A program made the position numbers and the translations under genes. Positions 30,011-40,433 of a stretch of 64,000 bases of DNA are shown in pieces; the stretch's first letter is position 1; each line of letters starts with the position of its first letter. Source of the stretch: Fibrobacteria bacterium (lineage in GTDB: Bacteria > Fibrobacterota > Fibrobacteria > UBA11236); NCBI GenBank assembly GCA_041746255.1, contig JBGTHM010000099.1, positions 29,970 to 93,969 of the forward strand. The letters are read 5' to 3'. The notes beneath the pieces are model-generated. The model had not been told where the DNA came from, ran no database searches, and saw nothing but the letters and a program-made list of their open reading frames with translations.

Positions 30011-30802
30011 ATGCATCTAACCCCCAAAGAACTGGAAAAATTGATGCTGCATGGCGCGGGCTTTCTGGCGCAAAAGCGTCTTTGGCGAGGCTTGCGTCTT
30101 AATTATCCCGAAGCCACCGCTTTATTGGCCACTCAATTGCTGGAGTTTATCCGGGACGGCGAAACAGTGGCCGAGCTGATGGAAAAAGGCAAGCGCCTGC
30201 TGGGTTTCGCGGATGTACTGCCGGGTGTGGCGGATATGCTTGAAGATGTGCAGGTGGAAGGCACCTTTCCCGACGGCGTCAAGCTGGTTACCGTGCATTT
30301 TCCGATTTGTACCGATAATGGCGACCTTGACTTGGCATTATATGGTTCGGGCTTGATTCCGAACCCAACAACTTTCGAAAAACGCTATTCAGGAGCCTAC
30401 AATGAAACGGAAGGTTTAGAAACAGTGCCAGGCGATCAATCCCTTATGGAAGGCTACCTTGAGCTCAACGAAGAGCGCGAGGTGCTAAGCCTGGCTGTTA
30501 CCAACACCGGCGACCGGCCGGTTCAAGTGGGATCGCATTATCCGTTCTTCGAGGTCAATGCGGCCTTGCTCTTCGATCGGGCGCGGGCATTGGGTTTTCG
30601 ATTGAACATTCCCAGCGGGACGGCGGTTCGATTCGAACCGGGTGAAGCCAAAAAGGTGGAACTGGTGGCCTTGGCCGGTGAACGGCTCATCTACGGAGGA
30701 AATGGTTTGATTCAAGGCGCCTGGAATGCGGAGGATGCGGAGAAACTGGCCGATGCCGCGCAACAGCAGGGCTTCCGGCATGAAAAGGAGGGGAGGGAAT
30801 GA
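30011..30802 (+). CDS. ureA: Urease gamma/beta fused subunit
   Basis: Gamma domain ([11 protein letters not shown]...LNYPEA...[17 protein letters not shown]) fused to beta domain ([19 protein letters not shown]...[10 protein letters not shown]). Confidence 0.95.
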   Translation: MHLTPKELEKLMLHGAGFLAQKRLWRGLRLNYPEATALLATQLLEFIRDGETVAELMEKGKRLLGFADVLPGVADMLEDVQVEGTFPDGVKLVTVHFPICTDNGDLDLALYGSGLIPNPTTFEKRYSGAYNETEGLETVPGDQSLMEGYLELNEEREVLSLAVTNTGDRPVQVGSHYPFFEVNAALLFDRARALGFRLNIPSGTAVRFEPGEAKKVELVALAGERLIYGGNGLIQGAWNAEDAEKLADAAQQQGFRHEKEGRE

Positions 30803-32514
30803 AGCTCAATCGACAAGGTTATGCGGATATGTACGGCCCCACCACCGGGGATTGTATCCGCTTGGCGGACACGGAATTATTCATCGAAGTCGAAAAAGAT
30901 TTCGCCGTATACGGGGAAGAATGCAAATTCGGCGGAGGCAAGGTGCTGCGCGACGGCATGGGGCAAGCCGCCGGGGCGATACCGGAAAGCGCGCTCGATT
31001 TGCTCATCACCAACGCCCTGGTGGTGGACTATACCGGAATCTACAAGGCCGATATCGGAATCAAGCACGGACGGATCGCCGCCATCGGCAAAGCCGGAAA
31101 CCCGCATACCATGCCGGGAGTGACTCCGGGTATGCTGGTGGGGCCTACCACCGAGGTGGTGGCCGGAGAAGGGCAAATCGTGACCGCGGGCGGCATCGAT
31201 TGCCACATTCATTTCATTTGCCCCCAACAAATCGACGAAGCCCTGGCCTCGGGAATAACGACCATGCTTGGTGGTGGAACGGGTCCGGCCACCGGAACCA
31301 ATGCCACCACTTGCACCCCCGGCGCAATCCATATCGAAATGATGTTGCGCGCCACCGATGCTTACCCGCTCAATTTCGGATTTTTCGGAAAAGGCAACTC
31401 GTCGCTTCCCGGCGGTTTGCCCGAGCAGGTTGAGGCCGGCGCCATCGGACTGAAGTTGCATGAGGATTGGGGCACCACGCCGGCCGCCATCGATTGCTGT
31501 CTTTCTGTGGCGGAAGCTTACGACGTGCAAGTGGCCATTCACACCGACACCCTGAATGAATCGGGATTCGTGGAAGCCACCATCGAGGCTTTCAAGGGCC
31601 GGACCATCCATACCTTCCACACCGAAGGCGCGGGCGGGGGGCATGCGCCCGATATCATACGGGTTTGCGGATTGCCCAACGTGCTACCTTCCTCCACTAA
31701 CCCGACCCGGCCATATTCGGTAAATACCATCGACGAACATCTCGACATGCTCATGGTCTGCCATCACCTCGATAAGAATATTCCCGAGGACGTGGCCTTC
31801 GCCGAGAGCCGCATACGCGGGGAAACCATCGCCGCCGAGGATATTCTGCATGATATGGGAGCCATATCCATCATGGCGTCCGATTCGCAGGCCATGGGCC
31901 GTGTCGGAGAAGTGGTTTTGCGTACCTGGCAAACAGCCCATAAAATGAAAGTGCAGCGCGGCGCGCTGGAATCGGATAGGCAGTCGATCCGAAAAAGCGA
32001 TAACTTTCGGGTCAAGCGGTATATCGCCAAATACACTATCAATCCCGCCTTGGCCCATGGCATCGCCCATGAGGTCGGCTCCGTAGAGGTCGGCAAGTTG
32101 GCGGACCTAGTCCTGTGGAAGCCCGCCTTTTTCGGTATCAAACCGGAAATGGTGCTCAAAGGCGGAATCATTGTCCAGGCGCAAATGGGCGATCCCAATG
32201 CCTCCATTCCCACACCGCAGCCTTCGTTTTCCCGCCCGATGTTCGGAGCGATGGGTAAGGCGCCGGCCCGCAACTCCCTCGCTTTCGTCTCGCAAGCCTC
32301 GCTGCCGAAAGTTGAATCCGAATACCATCTCGGCAAACGCGCGGTTGCGGTTCGGGGCTGTCGAAACCTCGGGAAAAAGGACATGGCGCTTAACGATGCC
32401 ATGCCCCATATCGAGGTCAATCCGGAAACCTACGTAGTCAAGGCCGACGGTGAGAGGCTGACCTGCGAACCCGCGGAACGCCTTCCGCTCAGCCGACTGT
32501 ATTCCTTTTTTTGA
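30799..32514 (+). CDS. ureC: Urease alpha subunit
   Basis: Ni-ligand motifs [43 protein letters not shown]. Confidence 0.98.
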   Translation: MKLNRQGYADMYGPTTGDCIRLADTELFIEVEKDFAVYGEECKFGGGKVLRDGMGQAAGAIPESALDLLITNALVVDYTGIYKADIGIKHGRIAAIGKAGNPHTMPGVTPGMLVGPTTEVVAGEGQIVTAGGIDCHIHFICPQQIDEALASGITTMLGGGTGPATGTNATTCTPGAIHIEMMLRATDAYPLNFGFFGKGNSSLPGGLPEQVEAGAIGLKLHEDWGTTPAAIDCCLSVAEAYDVQVAIHTDTLNESGFVEATIEAFKGRTIHTFHTEGAGGGHAPDIIRVCGLPNVLPSSTNPTRPYSVNTIDEHLDMLMVCHHLDKNIPEDVAFAESRIRGETIAAEDILHDMGAISIMASDSQAMGRVGEVVLRTWQTAHKMKVQRGALESDRQSIRKSDNFRVKRYIAKYTINPALAHGIAHEVGSVEVGKLADLVLWKPAFFGIKPEMVLKGGIIVQAQMGDPNASIPTPQPSFSRPMFGAMGKAPARNSLAFVSQASLPKVESEYHLGKRAVAVRGCRNLGKKDMALNDAMPHIEVNPETYVVKADGERLTCEPAERLPLSRLYSFF

Positions 32515-33218
32515 TGACAGGCGGCGAAGTGAAGACCCTGGGTTGGATGGAATTATTGCAACTGGCGGATTCGGCCTTGCCGGCCGGCGGATTCGCTTTT
32601 TCCAACGGATTGGAAAGTCTGGCCAAGTTGGGTCAATTGCCCTCGCTATCCGCTTTCGAAGCGTATCTGCAAAGTTACCTGGAGCAGGTTGTGCAAGGTG
32701 AGCTGGCTTTTCTTAATTCCTTTATGCGTTCCTATCGTGGCGAGGATGGTGAGCCGCTAGCAATTGTGGCCGAAGAATGGAACGCCTTTCTGACTGCGCC
32801 TTCCTCGCGCCGCGCCAGTCTGTCGCAGGGCCGTGCTTGGTTGCAACTCGCAAAAGTGTTCGACCCAGCCGCCGAAACCGAGGTGCGTGAACGGCTGTCC
32901 CAAGCCGGGAATGAGTCGCAGTTCCATTTTCTCCCGGTCTTCGCCTTGGTGTTGGCGGCCCTGGGAGCGTCCGGGTCGCAGGTCCGCACTTTGTTTCTGC
33001 ATATTTCCCTGAGGGACCAGATCAGTTCGGCTATCCGGCTGGGCCTCGTGGGTTCGCTGCAGGGCCAGGCTTTGCATCGGAATCAGGTGAACCTGTGTGT
33101 CACCCTGGAGCGGAATTCGGAAAGCCTCGATTTCCGTCAGGCTGTCAAATCCACACCATTATTGGAACTGGCCCAAAATCACCACGAAAGATTGTATTCC
33201 CGTCTCTTTCAGAGCTGA
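32511..33218 (+). CDS. ureF: Urease accessory protein UreF
   Basis: Motifs [38 protein letters not shown]. Confidence 0.92.
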   Translation: MMTGGEVKTLGWMELLQLADSALPAGGFAFSNGLESLAKLGQLPSLSAFEAYLQSYLEQVVQGELAFLNSFMRSYRGEDGEPLAIVAEEWNAFLTAPSSRRASLSQGRAWLQLAKVFDPAAETEVRERLSQAGNESQFHFLPVFALVLAALGASGSQVRTLFLHISLRDQISSAIRLGLVGSLQGQALHRNQVNLCVTLERNSESLDFRQAVKSTPLLELAQNHHERLYSRLFQS

Positions 33219-33264
33219 CGGTAGATAGTCGCCCTTTCCCCATTGCTTACAAGGAGAAAATTCC

Positions 33265-34068
33265 ATGCCTTCATCCCAACACGAAGAAAACGGCCACGAG
33301 CATTATCACCCGGAAACCGGTATGCACCGGCATCACCATGGCGAAGGCGGGCATACCCATGAGCCACTAGATTCTCCCGGCGATTTCAACCTTCGTGAAC
33401 TGTCCAAACCCGACAGGGATTATCGCAGTCGGGCCTTCACCATCGGCATCGGCGGCCCGGTAGGCTCCGGGAAAACCGCATTGTTAAAAGCACTGTGCGA
33501 GTCGCTGCGCGAGAAATACAGTCTTGGAGTGGTGACGAATGACATTTTCACTCGCGAAGACGGTGAATTTCTGGTAAGAAACAAAGCGCTGTCCGAAGAC
33601 CGTATCACGGCGGTGGAAACGGGCGGCTGCCCGCATGCCGCCATTCGCGAGGATGTCTCACTCAACATGGCCGCTCTGGAGGATATGATGGCCAAGCATA
33701 AGGGACGGATCGATTTGCTTTTCGTAGAAAGCGGCGGCGACAACCTTGCGGCTCATTTCGGAAGGGAGCTTGCCGATTACACCGTTTATGTCATCGATGT
33801 TTCGGGGGGCGATAAGGTCCCTCGCAAAGGCGGACCGGGGATTACCCAGGCAGACCTGCTCGTCATAAACAAAACCGATTTGGCCACCTTTGTCGGAGCC
33901 GACTTGTCGGTGATGGACAGGGATGCGAAACGTATGCGGGGAGAAGGGCCTGTGATATTCGCCCAGGCGAGCCATGGAAAAGGTGTGGCTGAGATTCGCG
34001 AGCATATTCTTGCGGGATGGCGGGTAGCAACCCCAAACAGTCAGGCTAAATCTGTTAGGAGGGCTTAA
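33265..34068 (+). CDS. ureG: Urease accessory GTPase UreG with His-rich N-terminus
   Basis: Motifs [28 protein letters not shown]-terminal HEHYH..HRHHH..HTHE. Confidence 0.96.
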   Translation: MPSSQHEENGHEHYHPETGMHRHHHGEGGHTHEPLDSPGDFNLRELSKPDRDYRSRAFTIGIGGPVGSGKTALLKALCESLREKYSLGVVTNDIFTREDGEFLVRNKALSEDRITAVETGGCPHAAIREDVSLNMAALEDMMAKHKGRIDLLFVESGGDNLAAHFGRELADYTVYVIDVSGGDKVPRKGGPGITQADLLVINKTDLATFVGADLSVMDRDAKRMRGEGPVIFAQASHGKGVAEIREHILAGWRVATPNSQAKSVRRA

Positions 34069-34113
34069 CAAAACCAAGCCAGGTTTGACACATTTGGAGT
34101 TGAAGCTCAATTA

Positions 34114-34158
34114 TGTCAGTATCTGTCAGCTAAAATCTAAAAATGTCATCAAATGTCA
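34114..34158 (+). promoter_or_regulatory. Phased TGTCA direct repeats (candidate enhancer) upstream of the porin-P-II genes
   Basis: TGTCA at 34114, 34124, 34144 and 34154. Confidence 0.5.
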
Positions 34159-34234
34159 TACCTCTTTCAGTCCTTTTTCATCAGAAACCGAGCATTTCAG
34201 AACTTCAAAGGGAAAACCGGCTTTTCCAATTCAC

Positions 34235-34250
34235 TGGCATGAGGATTGAT
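34235..34250 (+). promoter_or_regulatory. Probable variant sigma-54 promoter of porin-P-II
   Basis: TGGCAT-GAGGA-TTGAT. The -12 element reads GA instead of GC. Confidence 0.5.
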
Positions 34251-34312
34251 AAGTGGTTGGAAAGAGTCTGCCCCGGCCAGTCCGGTCTGGGTGAATAAAA
34301 AGAGGAGTTCTA

Positions 34313-35245
34313 ATGAAAAAGTTGAAGAAGTTACCCTTGATGTTAACCATGTTGGGCGTTGGCGCCTCAGCACCCCTGGCGGAAATCCGGCTCACCGAAA
34401 ATTTAGGGGTCGGTGGCTTTATCGACATGTCGACTTCCTATGACGACGTAAGTGAGGAATTCGTCGGAGGATTCGACCGGTTTGATCTGGAGTTCTTTTA
34501 CAATTATGGCGCCGTTTCCGCACGTGCCGATATCTCTGCGGTAGACGAGGGGGTCGGTTTCGTCCAGGGATTCGTCACATACACCATCGATGGTTTCGCT
34601 GTAACCGCAGGTAAGTTTTTAAGCTCTTCCGGGTTCGAAGCCGCGAAAGCGCCCGGCCTTTACCAATATTCCTATTCGAAAAATTGCGATGGTACCCTAC
34701 CGGGTGGATGTGCTTATGGCGGGTACCAACATGGTTTAGCCCTATCCTACGGCACCGACATGTTCGCGCTTTATGGTTCGGTGGTTGCAGGCGTTTGGGA
34801 CGGAAGCAATACGGATTTCAAAACCCCGGGCTTCGAAGCGCAATTGTCCCTCACTCCCATTGAAGGGGTTACCGCCAAGGTAGCTTACCTCTATGACATA
34901 CTCGATGAGGTGGGCCATGACCAGCAGCAATTGGTGAACGCTTGGGCCTCTTACGAAACCGGTCCCCTGACCGTCGCTGCTGAATACAATCTGCTCATGG
35001 ACTGGGGCGCGAATGGGGTGAATGGAAATGGTTGGTTGGCAATGATCAACTATGCCTTCCTGGAAAAGGCCGCCGTAACCTTGCGCTACAGCGGAGTTGT
35101 TCTGGATGATGGCGACATGGATACCGAAGTGACCTTTAGCCCGAGTTATGCCATAACCGATAATCTGGCGGTTTTGGCCGAAATCAAGAGAGAGCTTGAT
35201 GCCGAAGTGACGAGCTTTGCCGCCGAGGCCCTGTTCACCTTCTGA
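34313..35245 (+). CDS. Outer-membrane beta-barrel porin (BBP2/OmpL-like, putative)
   Basis: Signal peptide, amphipathic strands, 'AGKFLSSSGFEA....LYQYSYS' motif, and C-terminal ...EALFTF. Confidence 0.7.
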   Translation: MKKLKKLPLMLTMLGVGASAPLAEIRLTENLGVGGFIDMSTSYDDVSEEFVGGFDRFDLEFFYNYGAVSARADISAVDEGVGFVQGFVTYTIDGFAVTAGKFLSSSGFEAAKAPGLYQYSYSKNCDGTLPGGCAYGGYQHGLALSYGTDMFALYGSVVAGVWDGSNTDFKTPGFEAQLSLTPIEGVTAKVAYLYDILDEVGHDQQQLVNAWASYETGPLTVAAEYNLLMDWGANGVNGNGWLAMINYAFLEKAAVTLRYSGVVLDDGDMDTEVTFSPSYAITDNLAVLAEIKRELDAEVTSFAAEALFTF

Positions 35246-35330
35246 ATTCAAGGATATGGATGACGCAAGGGAGATCGGGAGACTAATCCCGCTCTTCTGA
35301 GCAGAACGGCGAATTTTTCATTACTTTTAA

Positions 35331-36319
<989 letters not shown>

Positions 36320-36519
36320 GCTTTTTTAAACTTTTCGGCCCTTAAAAACCCCTGAAAAGGCCCATAATGCCGTTTTTACCGTAGTTTTCGTATAATTCGC
36401 TGCATATAAACGGGCTTTTTAATCTAGATTAATTGCTTCCCAGTCAGCACCGATCAATAGGCTTTTGATTGGACACATCCTCTTCAGTGGGTTTCGTGCA
36501 TGAGCACTTATTTTTTCGT

Positions 36520-36870
36520 ATGAACAAAAAGACCTTCTTCAGTCGCAATTTCGTTAAAAGAGGGGACTATGTCGTTGAGGTTTCCGGCGATTTGACCTAT
36601 GAAACCATAGATGTGTTGCGGAACGAATTCGCCTTATTGAGGATGCAACAAACCCAAAATAAGGTTGTAATCGATTGCACCGGAATTACCATGCTCTCGA
36701 GCGTGGGTCTGGGAGAATTCTCCCGGCTTATCAAATGGGGCATTGACAATTCCTGCCTGATCAAAATCGTGTGCCATTCCAATCACGTAGTAGAAGTTTT
36801 GGAAATTGCCGGCATCACGGATATGGTTCCTCTTTTTCCGACCCTGGAGATGGCGCTAAATGCGGATTAA
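36520..36870 (+). CDS. STAS-domain protein (anti-sigma factor antagonist)
   Basis: VVEVSGDLT...VVIDCTGITMLSSVGLG...EVLEIAGI..LFPTLEMAL. The start could be 36469. Confidence 0.8.
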   Translation: MNKKTFFSRNFVKRGDYVVEVSGDLTYETIDVLRNEFALLRMQQTQNKVVIDCTGITMLSSVGLGEFSRLIKWGIDNSCLIKIVCHSNHVVEVLEIAGITDMVPLFPTLEMALNAD

Positions 36871-36906
36871 TTTCCGCAAACCCGATTAAAATAGAGGACG
36901 TTCCTT

Positions 36907-38037
36907 TTGCAAGACGCGCAGGCTATTCTCAGTTCCGTACAGGCAATAAACGCGGTCCGCGATAGCATCGCCTCGCGGCATTCCCTGGTAGGGTTCGACG
37001 GGTTCGTGGATGTGATAAACCGTCCGGTCGCAACCCGCCAAAGCAGCCGGGAATATACCCCTGTCGAAACCATTGCAGATTTCGGGGCGCGGATTTCTTC
37101 CGCTGCCGGAAAATCTTCCAATATCGAGTTGGTCCCCCAAGTCGAAAAAATGGGAGGCAATGGTCCTTTGATGTCCATGGCTCTATGTGGCATGGGCGCT
37201 CAAGTTACCTGCCTCGGCCTTTTGGGCTATCCGGACATCCTTCCGGTGTTCAAGCCCTTGCTTATGGCCTGTAAATCAACTGTTTCAGTAGGTAACCCCG
37301 GCCATACGGACGCCATCGAGTTCAGCGACGGGAAAATCATGCTGGGGAAGCTCAATACCCTGGTGGATATGAGTTGGGAACGGCTGGTCGAGGTGATGGG
37401 GGAAAACCGGCTCCGGGATACGATTCTGGGAAATGACCTGGTGGCTTGCACCAATTGGACCATGCTGACCGAGATGAACGGAATTTTGGAACGGCTGATC
37501 GCCATGATTCCCCCGGGGTCGCCGGTTAAATTCTTTTTCGATTTGGCTGATCCGGAGAAAAGATTGGCGGAAGATTTACGTCAAGTCCTTGGATTGATTC
37601 GGTCTTTGGGTGCAAAGGCGAAATGCGTTTTGGGATTGAACCTCCGGGAGGCGGAACAGGTCGGGCACTTGCTGGGTCTGAGCGACAGCGTAGAGGAAAC
37701 CGAGTCGGGCGTGGAAGCCGCCGCCGTGAGTATTTGCCGAAAATTAGAACTGTGGGGCGTTGTCGTCCATGGCATCAAGTTCGCCGGCGCCTGCTTGGGT
37801 GACGAGCATGCCGGTGTTGCCGGACCTTATTGTCCTGCGCCCAAATTGTCGACCGGAGCAGGCGATCATTTCAACGGCGGTTTTTGCGCCGGTTTGCTGG
37901 GAGGGCTTTCGGTGCGCGAGGCCCTCTACCTGGGAGTGGGAACTTCGGGCTGTTATGTCCGCTCCGGCAACAGCCCGACTATTCCTGACGTTACAAGACT
38001 GCTTACGGCTTGGGCCCGCGAAGAATTGCAGGATTAA
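36907..38037 (+). CDS. PfkB-family carbohydrate kinase
   Basis: Motifs GFDGFVD, MGGNG, NLREA, STGAGDHFNGGF. Confidence 0.8.
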   Translation: MQDAQAILSSVQAINAVRDSIASRHSLVGFDGFVDVINRPVATRQSSREYTPVETIADFGARISSAAGKSSNIELVPQVEKMGGNGPLMSMALCGMGAQVTCLGLLGYPDILPVFKPLLMACKSTVSVGNPGHTDAIEFSDGKIMLGKLNTLVDMSWERLVEVMGENRLRDTILGNDLVACTNWTMLTEMNGILERLIAMIPPGSPVKFFFDLADPEKRLAEDLRQVLGLIRSLGAKAKCVLGLNLREAEQVGHLLGLSDSVEETESGVEAAAVSICRKLELWGVVVHGIKFAGACLGDEHAGVAGPYCPAPKLSTGAGDHFNGGFCAGLLGGLSVREALYLGVGTSGCYVRSGNSPTIPDVTRLLTAWAREELQD

Positions 38038-38061
38038 GCAGACGCCATCGGCGTCATCTGC

Positions 38062-39132
38062 TTAATCTTTCCAAAGTAATTCGGTTTTCGTAATTCGCTC
38101 ACGCACCTGCTCCCGAAGCGACTTGGGAGCAACGGGAATGAGATCGGGCGCCAGCGACAAAATCCAGTTGATGAAATCGGGTTTGAGCAAAACCTTGAGT
38201 TCAAAGTAAGTCCGCCCCGCGCGCTTGACGATTTTTCCCGGCGGATTGAAATGGCTTTCGGATAAATACTTTTCCAGCCACCCTTCCCGCACCCACAGGC
38301 TGACGTTTTCCGGTTCTTCTCCCGGCTGCCGGGGCCATTGTCCAAAGCAATATTTATAGTATTCACGAATCTGAAAAGCGGGATCGCGCGTGAAAGTGGC
38401 GGGAGTCGCGATGCACCTTTTGATGCGCTTTATCACCAGACTTTTATCCGCGCCTTTATTGGCTTCGGCCCGGCCAATGAGATAGAGCGTGCCGACACGC
38501 AGGCAGATTTGATAGGGACAGAATTTGAACTCCGCTTCTTCATGCGTATATCCGGAGTAACGGATGTGCACGATATGCGTTTCCAGAACGGCCTTTTCCA
38601 AAATTTTCAAGATGCCGGGCGCCGGATCGGCTTCGGCGAAGGGTCCGTGATCGATATGATAGGCTTCGGTTTCCGGCGAGGGAGTGGCGTCGGCCGTCTC
38701 GTCGCGCCTTTCAAGCCATGCCACGAGTCCCGAAATCGCCTGGGAATATTTGGGGTTGCCGCCCGCGTAAAGCTCCGCCTTGATTTTTTCGAGCATGGGG
38801 ATGAACCGCTTCGGCATATCCTCTCGCGACTGGATGGAATAGAAGGACTTTTTGCTGGAGCCTTCCTGATGGTAGACCAGCCCGCAATTCCATTTACGTA
38901 ATTCGGATAGGTAGCGTTTGACGGTTCTCTCATCGACCCCGAGGCTTGAGGCCATTTGTTGCAAAGTTAGGCCATGCTCCGAGGCTTGCAGCAAATCGAG
39001 CAGACGATGGATTTTAAATGCTTTGTTGCCCGGGCCCGGCTTGGGCTTGGAATTCCGGCCCACCTCGAGTATGCGTCGGCTTAACGTGGGAAGGGGGGCC
39101 TCTGCGCTTTTTTGCTTTTTCAGGGATGCCAT
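38062..39132 (-). CDS. HTH + WYL (+WCX) transcriptional regulator
   Basis: N-terminal wHTH (LTLQQMASSLGVDERTVKRYLSEL), WYL-type core (IRYSG...CPYQI..RVGTLYLIG..IKRIK), and C-terminal WILSLAPDLIPVAPKSLRE. Confidence 0.82.
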   Translation of the reverse strand: MASLKKQKSAEAPLPTLSRRILEVGRNSKPKPGPGNKAFKIHRLLDLLQASEHGLTLQQMASSLGVDERTVKRYLSELRKWNCGLVYHQEGSSKKSFYSIQSREDMPKRFIPMLEKIKAELYAGGNPKYSQAISGLVAWLERRDETADATPSPETEAYHIDHGPFAEADPAPGILKILEKAVLETHIVHIRYSGYTHEEAEFKFCPYQICLRVGTLYLIGRAEANKGADKSLVIKRIKRCIATPATFTRDPAFQIREYYKYCFGQWPRQPGEEPENVSLWVREGWLEKYLSESHFNPPGKIVKRAGRTYFELKVLLKPDFINWILSLAPDLIPVAPKSLREQVRERITKTELLWKD

Positions 39133-40406
39133 GCTTTGTCAACGATAGTCAAATTGTTGATGATTTTGAAATTCCGTGCCGCCCAAGCCGCGGATAGGCC
39201 CGCAAGGTGTTTTTGCGAAGCGGAAGCGATAAGGCCGTCGAGGCAGAGGCCGTCCGGGAGAGTATGTACCTGCAAGGCGATTATCCCCATCCAATCCCGC
39301 TTCAGCGCCGCTAGAATGTCTGTTTCTTTGCGTCGGTCGGACTCTCCGGCTTCGCTTTCGCTTTCGAAGCCACAGACTAAACTGCGCATTCCAGGCAGGT
39401 CGCCAAGATGGCTCTCCACCTGCGATTGGTGCAGCGGGCCCACGACTTTGCCGGTCAGGGTTACGCGTCCCTTTTTTACGGAAACTTTGATGTGGGCTAT
39501 CGGTAGCGGGCCAGTCACCAGTTTTTCGAGGATATCGAAATGCAATTTCGTATCCGAATTTCCAGATTGGTAGGCTGGGGCCAAGTAATTCAATACTCCC
39601 AGCACCCCTGGAATCTCCCGGCACTGTCGCGATAGGTTGCAGCCTTCCCGGTAGCTTTCGCAAATGCCTTCCAAGGATACGATGCCATGGAGTACGCGGT
39701 AGACGATGCGTTTTTCGGTGCGTTTATCGGATCGTCTGTTTCCTAAACCGGCATGCTTGTTTCGGATCACCATTAATTCGCGTAGGGCGGAATATATTTC
39801 CGCATCGGGGCTGGCGGGTTGGCCGGATTTGGGGGTGTTTTCCATGTCACCCTTTTCCCACGCTACGGTCAAGGTGGGCCAAGGCGCATATTCCATTCCG
39901 ATGGCATGGCCGGAGAGGTTTTTATGAGTATCGTAAACCCGATCACCCACCGCAATCGCTTCCACTTCTTCCGGGAAAAGCCGGTAGGGTTCGACGGAGA
40001 GCTCTGCGTCCGGTTGCAGCAGCACGGCATCGAATGGCTTTTCGTTTTCTTCTACTGGCCGCAGGGAAAGGGATTCAGAGCCTTCCTGGCGGAAACGGGC
40101 ATTTACTTTGCCTTTCTTCCGCGTCTCGGGAAAGTAAACCTTGTCGCCAGCGACGATTCGACTGAGTCCGGCGATTTTAAAGCCGTTGGTGCGATTTTCC
40201 AGGGGTTGCAAATCGCGGAAAGCGGCGGCGGGGAGCATTCTTTGGCGTCCGCATGGATTGCAAACGCAGAGGAGGGGAACGGGTGCGTTACCCTGGGCCC
40301 CGATGGTCAAGGCTTCTTCGGCCCAACGTTCGTGCAAAGTGGAGTGCTTGCAAGCGGGGCAGAAAAGGGGCGCGGCTCCGATTCTGAACGGGTAGCCGGG
40401 CAGCAT
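39120..40406 (-). CDS. BON-domain protein with N-terminal Zn ribbon and SH3/KOW-like modules
   Basis: CPAC...CNPC, two 'VAGDKVY/VGDRVY' segments, and C-terminal BON-like repeats (GIVSLEG...IPGVLGVLNYL; IKVSVKKGRVTLTGKV; IINNLTI). Confidence 0.65.
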   Translation of the reverse strand: MLPGYPFRIGAAPLFCPACKHSTLHERWAEEALTIGAQGNAPVPLLCVCNPCGRQRMLPAAAFRDLQPLENRTNGFKIAGLSRIVAGDKVYFPETRKKGKVNARFRQEGSESLSLRPVEENEKPFDAVLLQPDAELSVEPYRLFPEEVEAIAVGDRVYDTHKNLSGHAIGMEYAPWPTLTVAWEKGDMENTPKSGQPASPDAEIYSALRELMVIRNKHAGLGNRRSDKRTEKRIVYRVLHGIVSLEGICESYREGCNLSRQCREIPGVLGVLNYLAPAYQSGNSDTKLHFDILEKLVTGPLPIAHIKVSVKKGRVTLTGKVVGPLHQSQVESHLGDLPGMRSLVCGFESESEAGESDRRKETDILAALKRDWMGIIALQVHTLPDGLCLDGLIASASQKHLAGLSAAWAARNFKIINNLTIVDKAWHP

Positions 40407-40433
40407 ATTTAAACCTGATCCATTAATCCGGTT

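Noticed and set aside
30780..30810. ureAB/ureC junction read as a frameshifted single-chain urease (pseudogene or sequencing error)
   Set aside because: ureC has its own strong RBS (AGGAGGGGAGG) and a normal ATGA coupled start, which fits a genuine two-chain enzyme.
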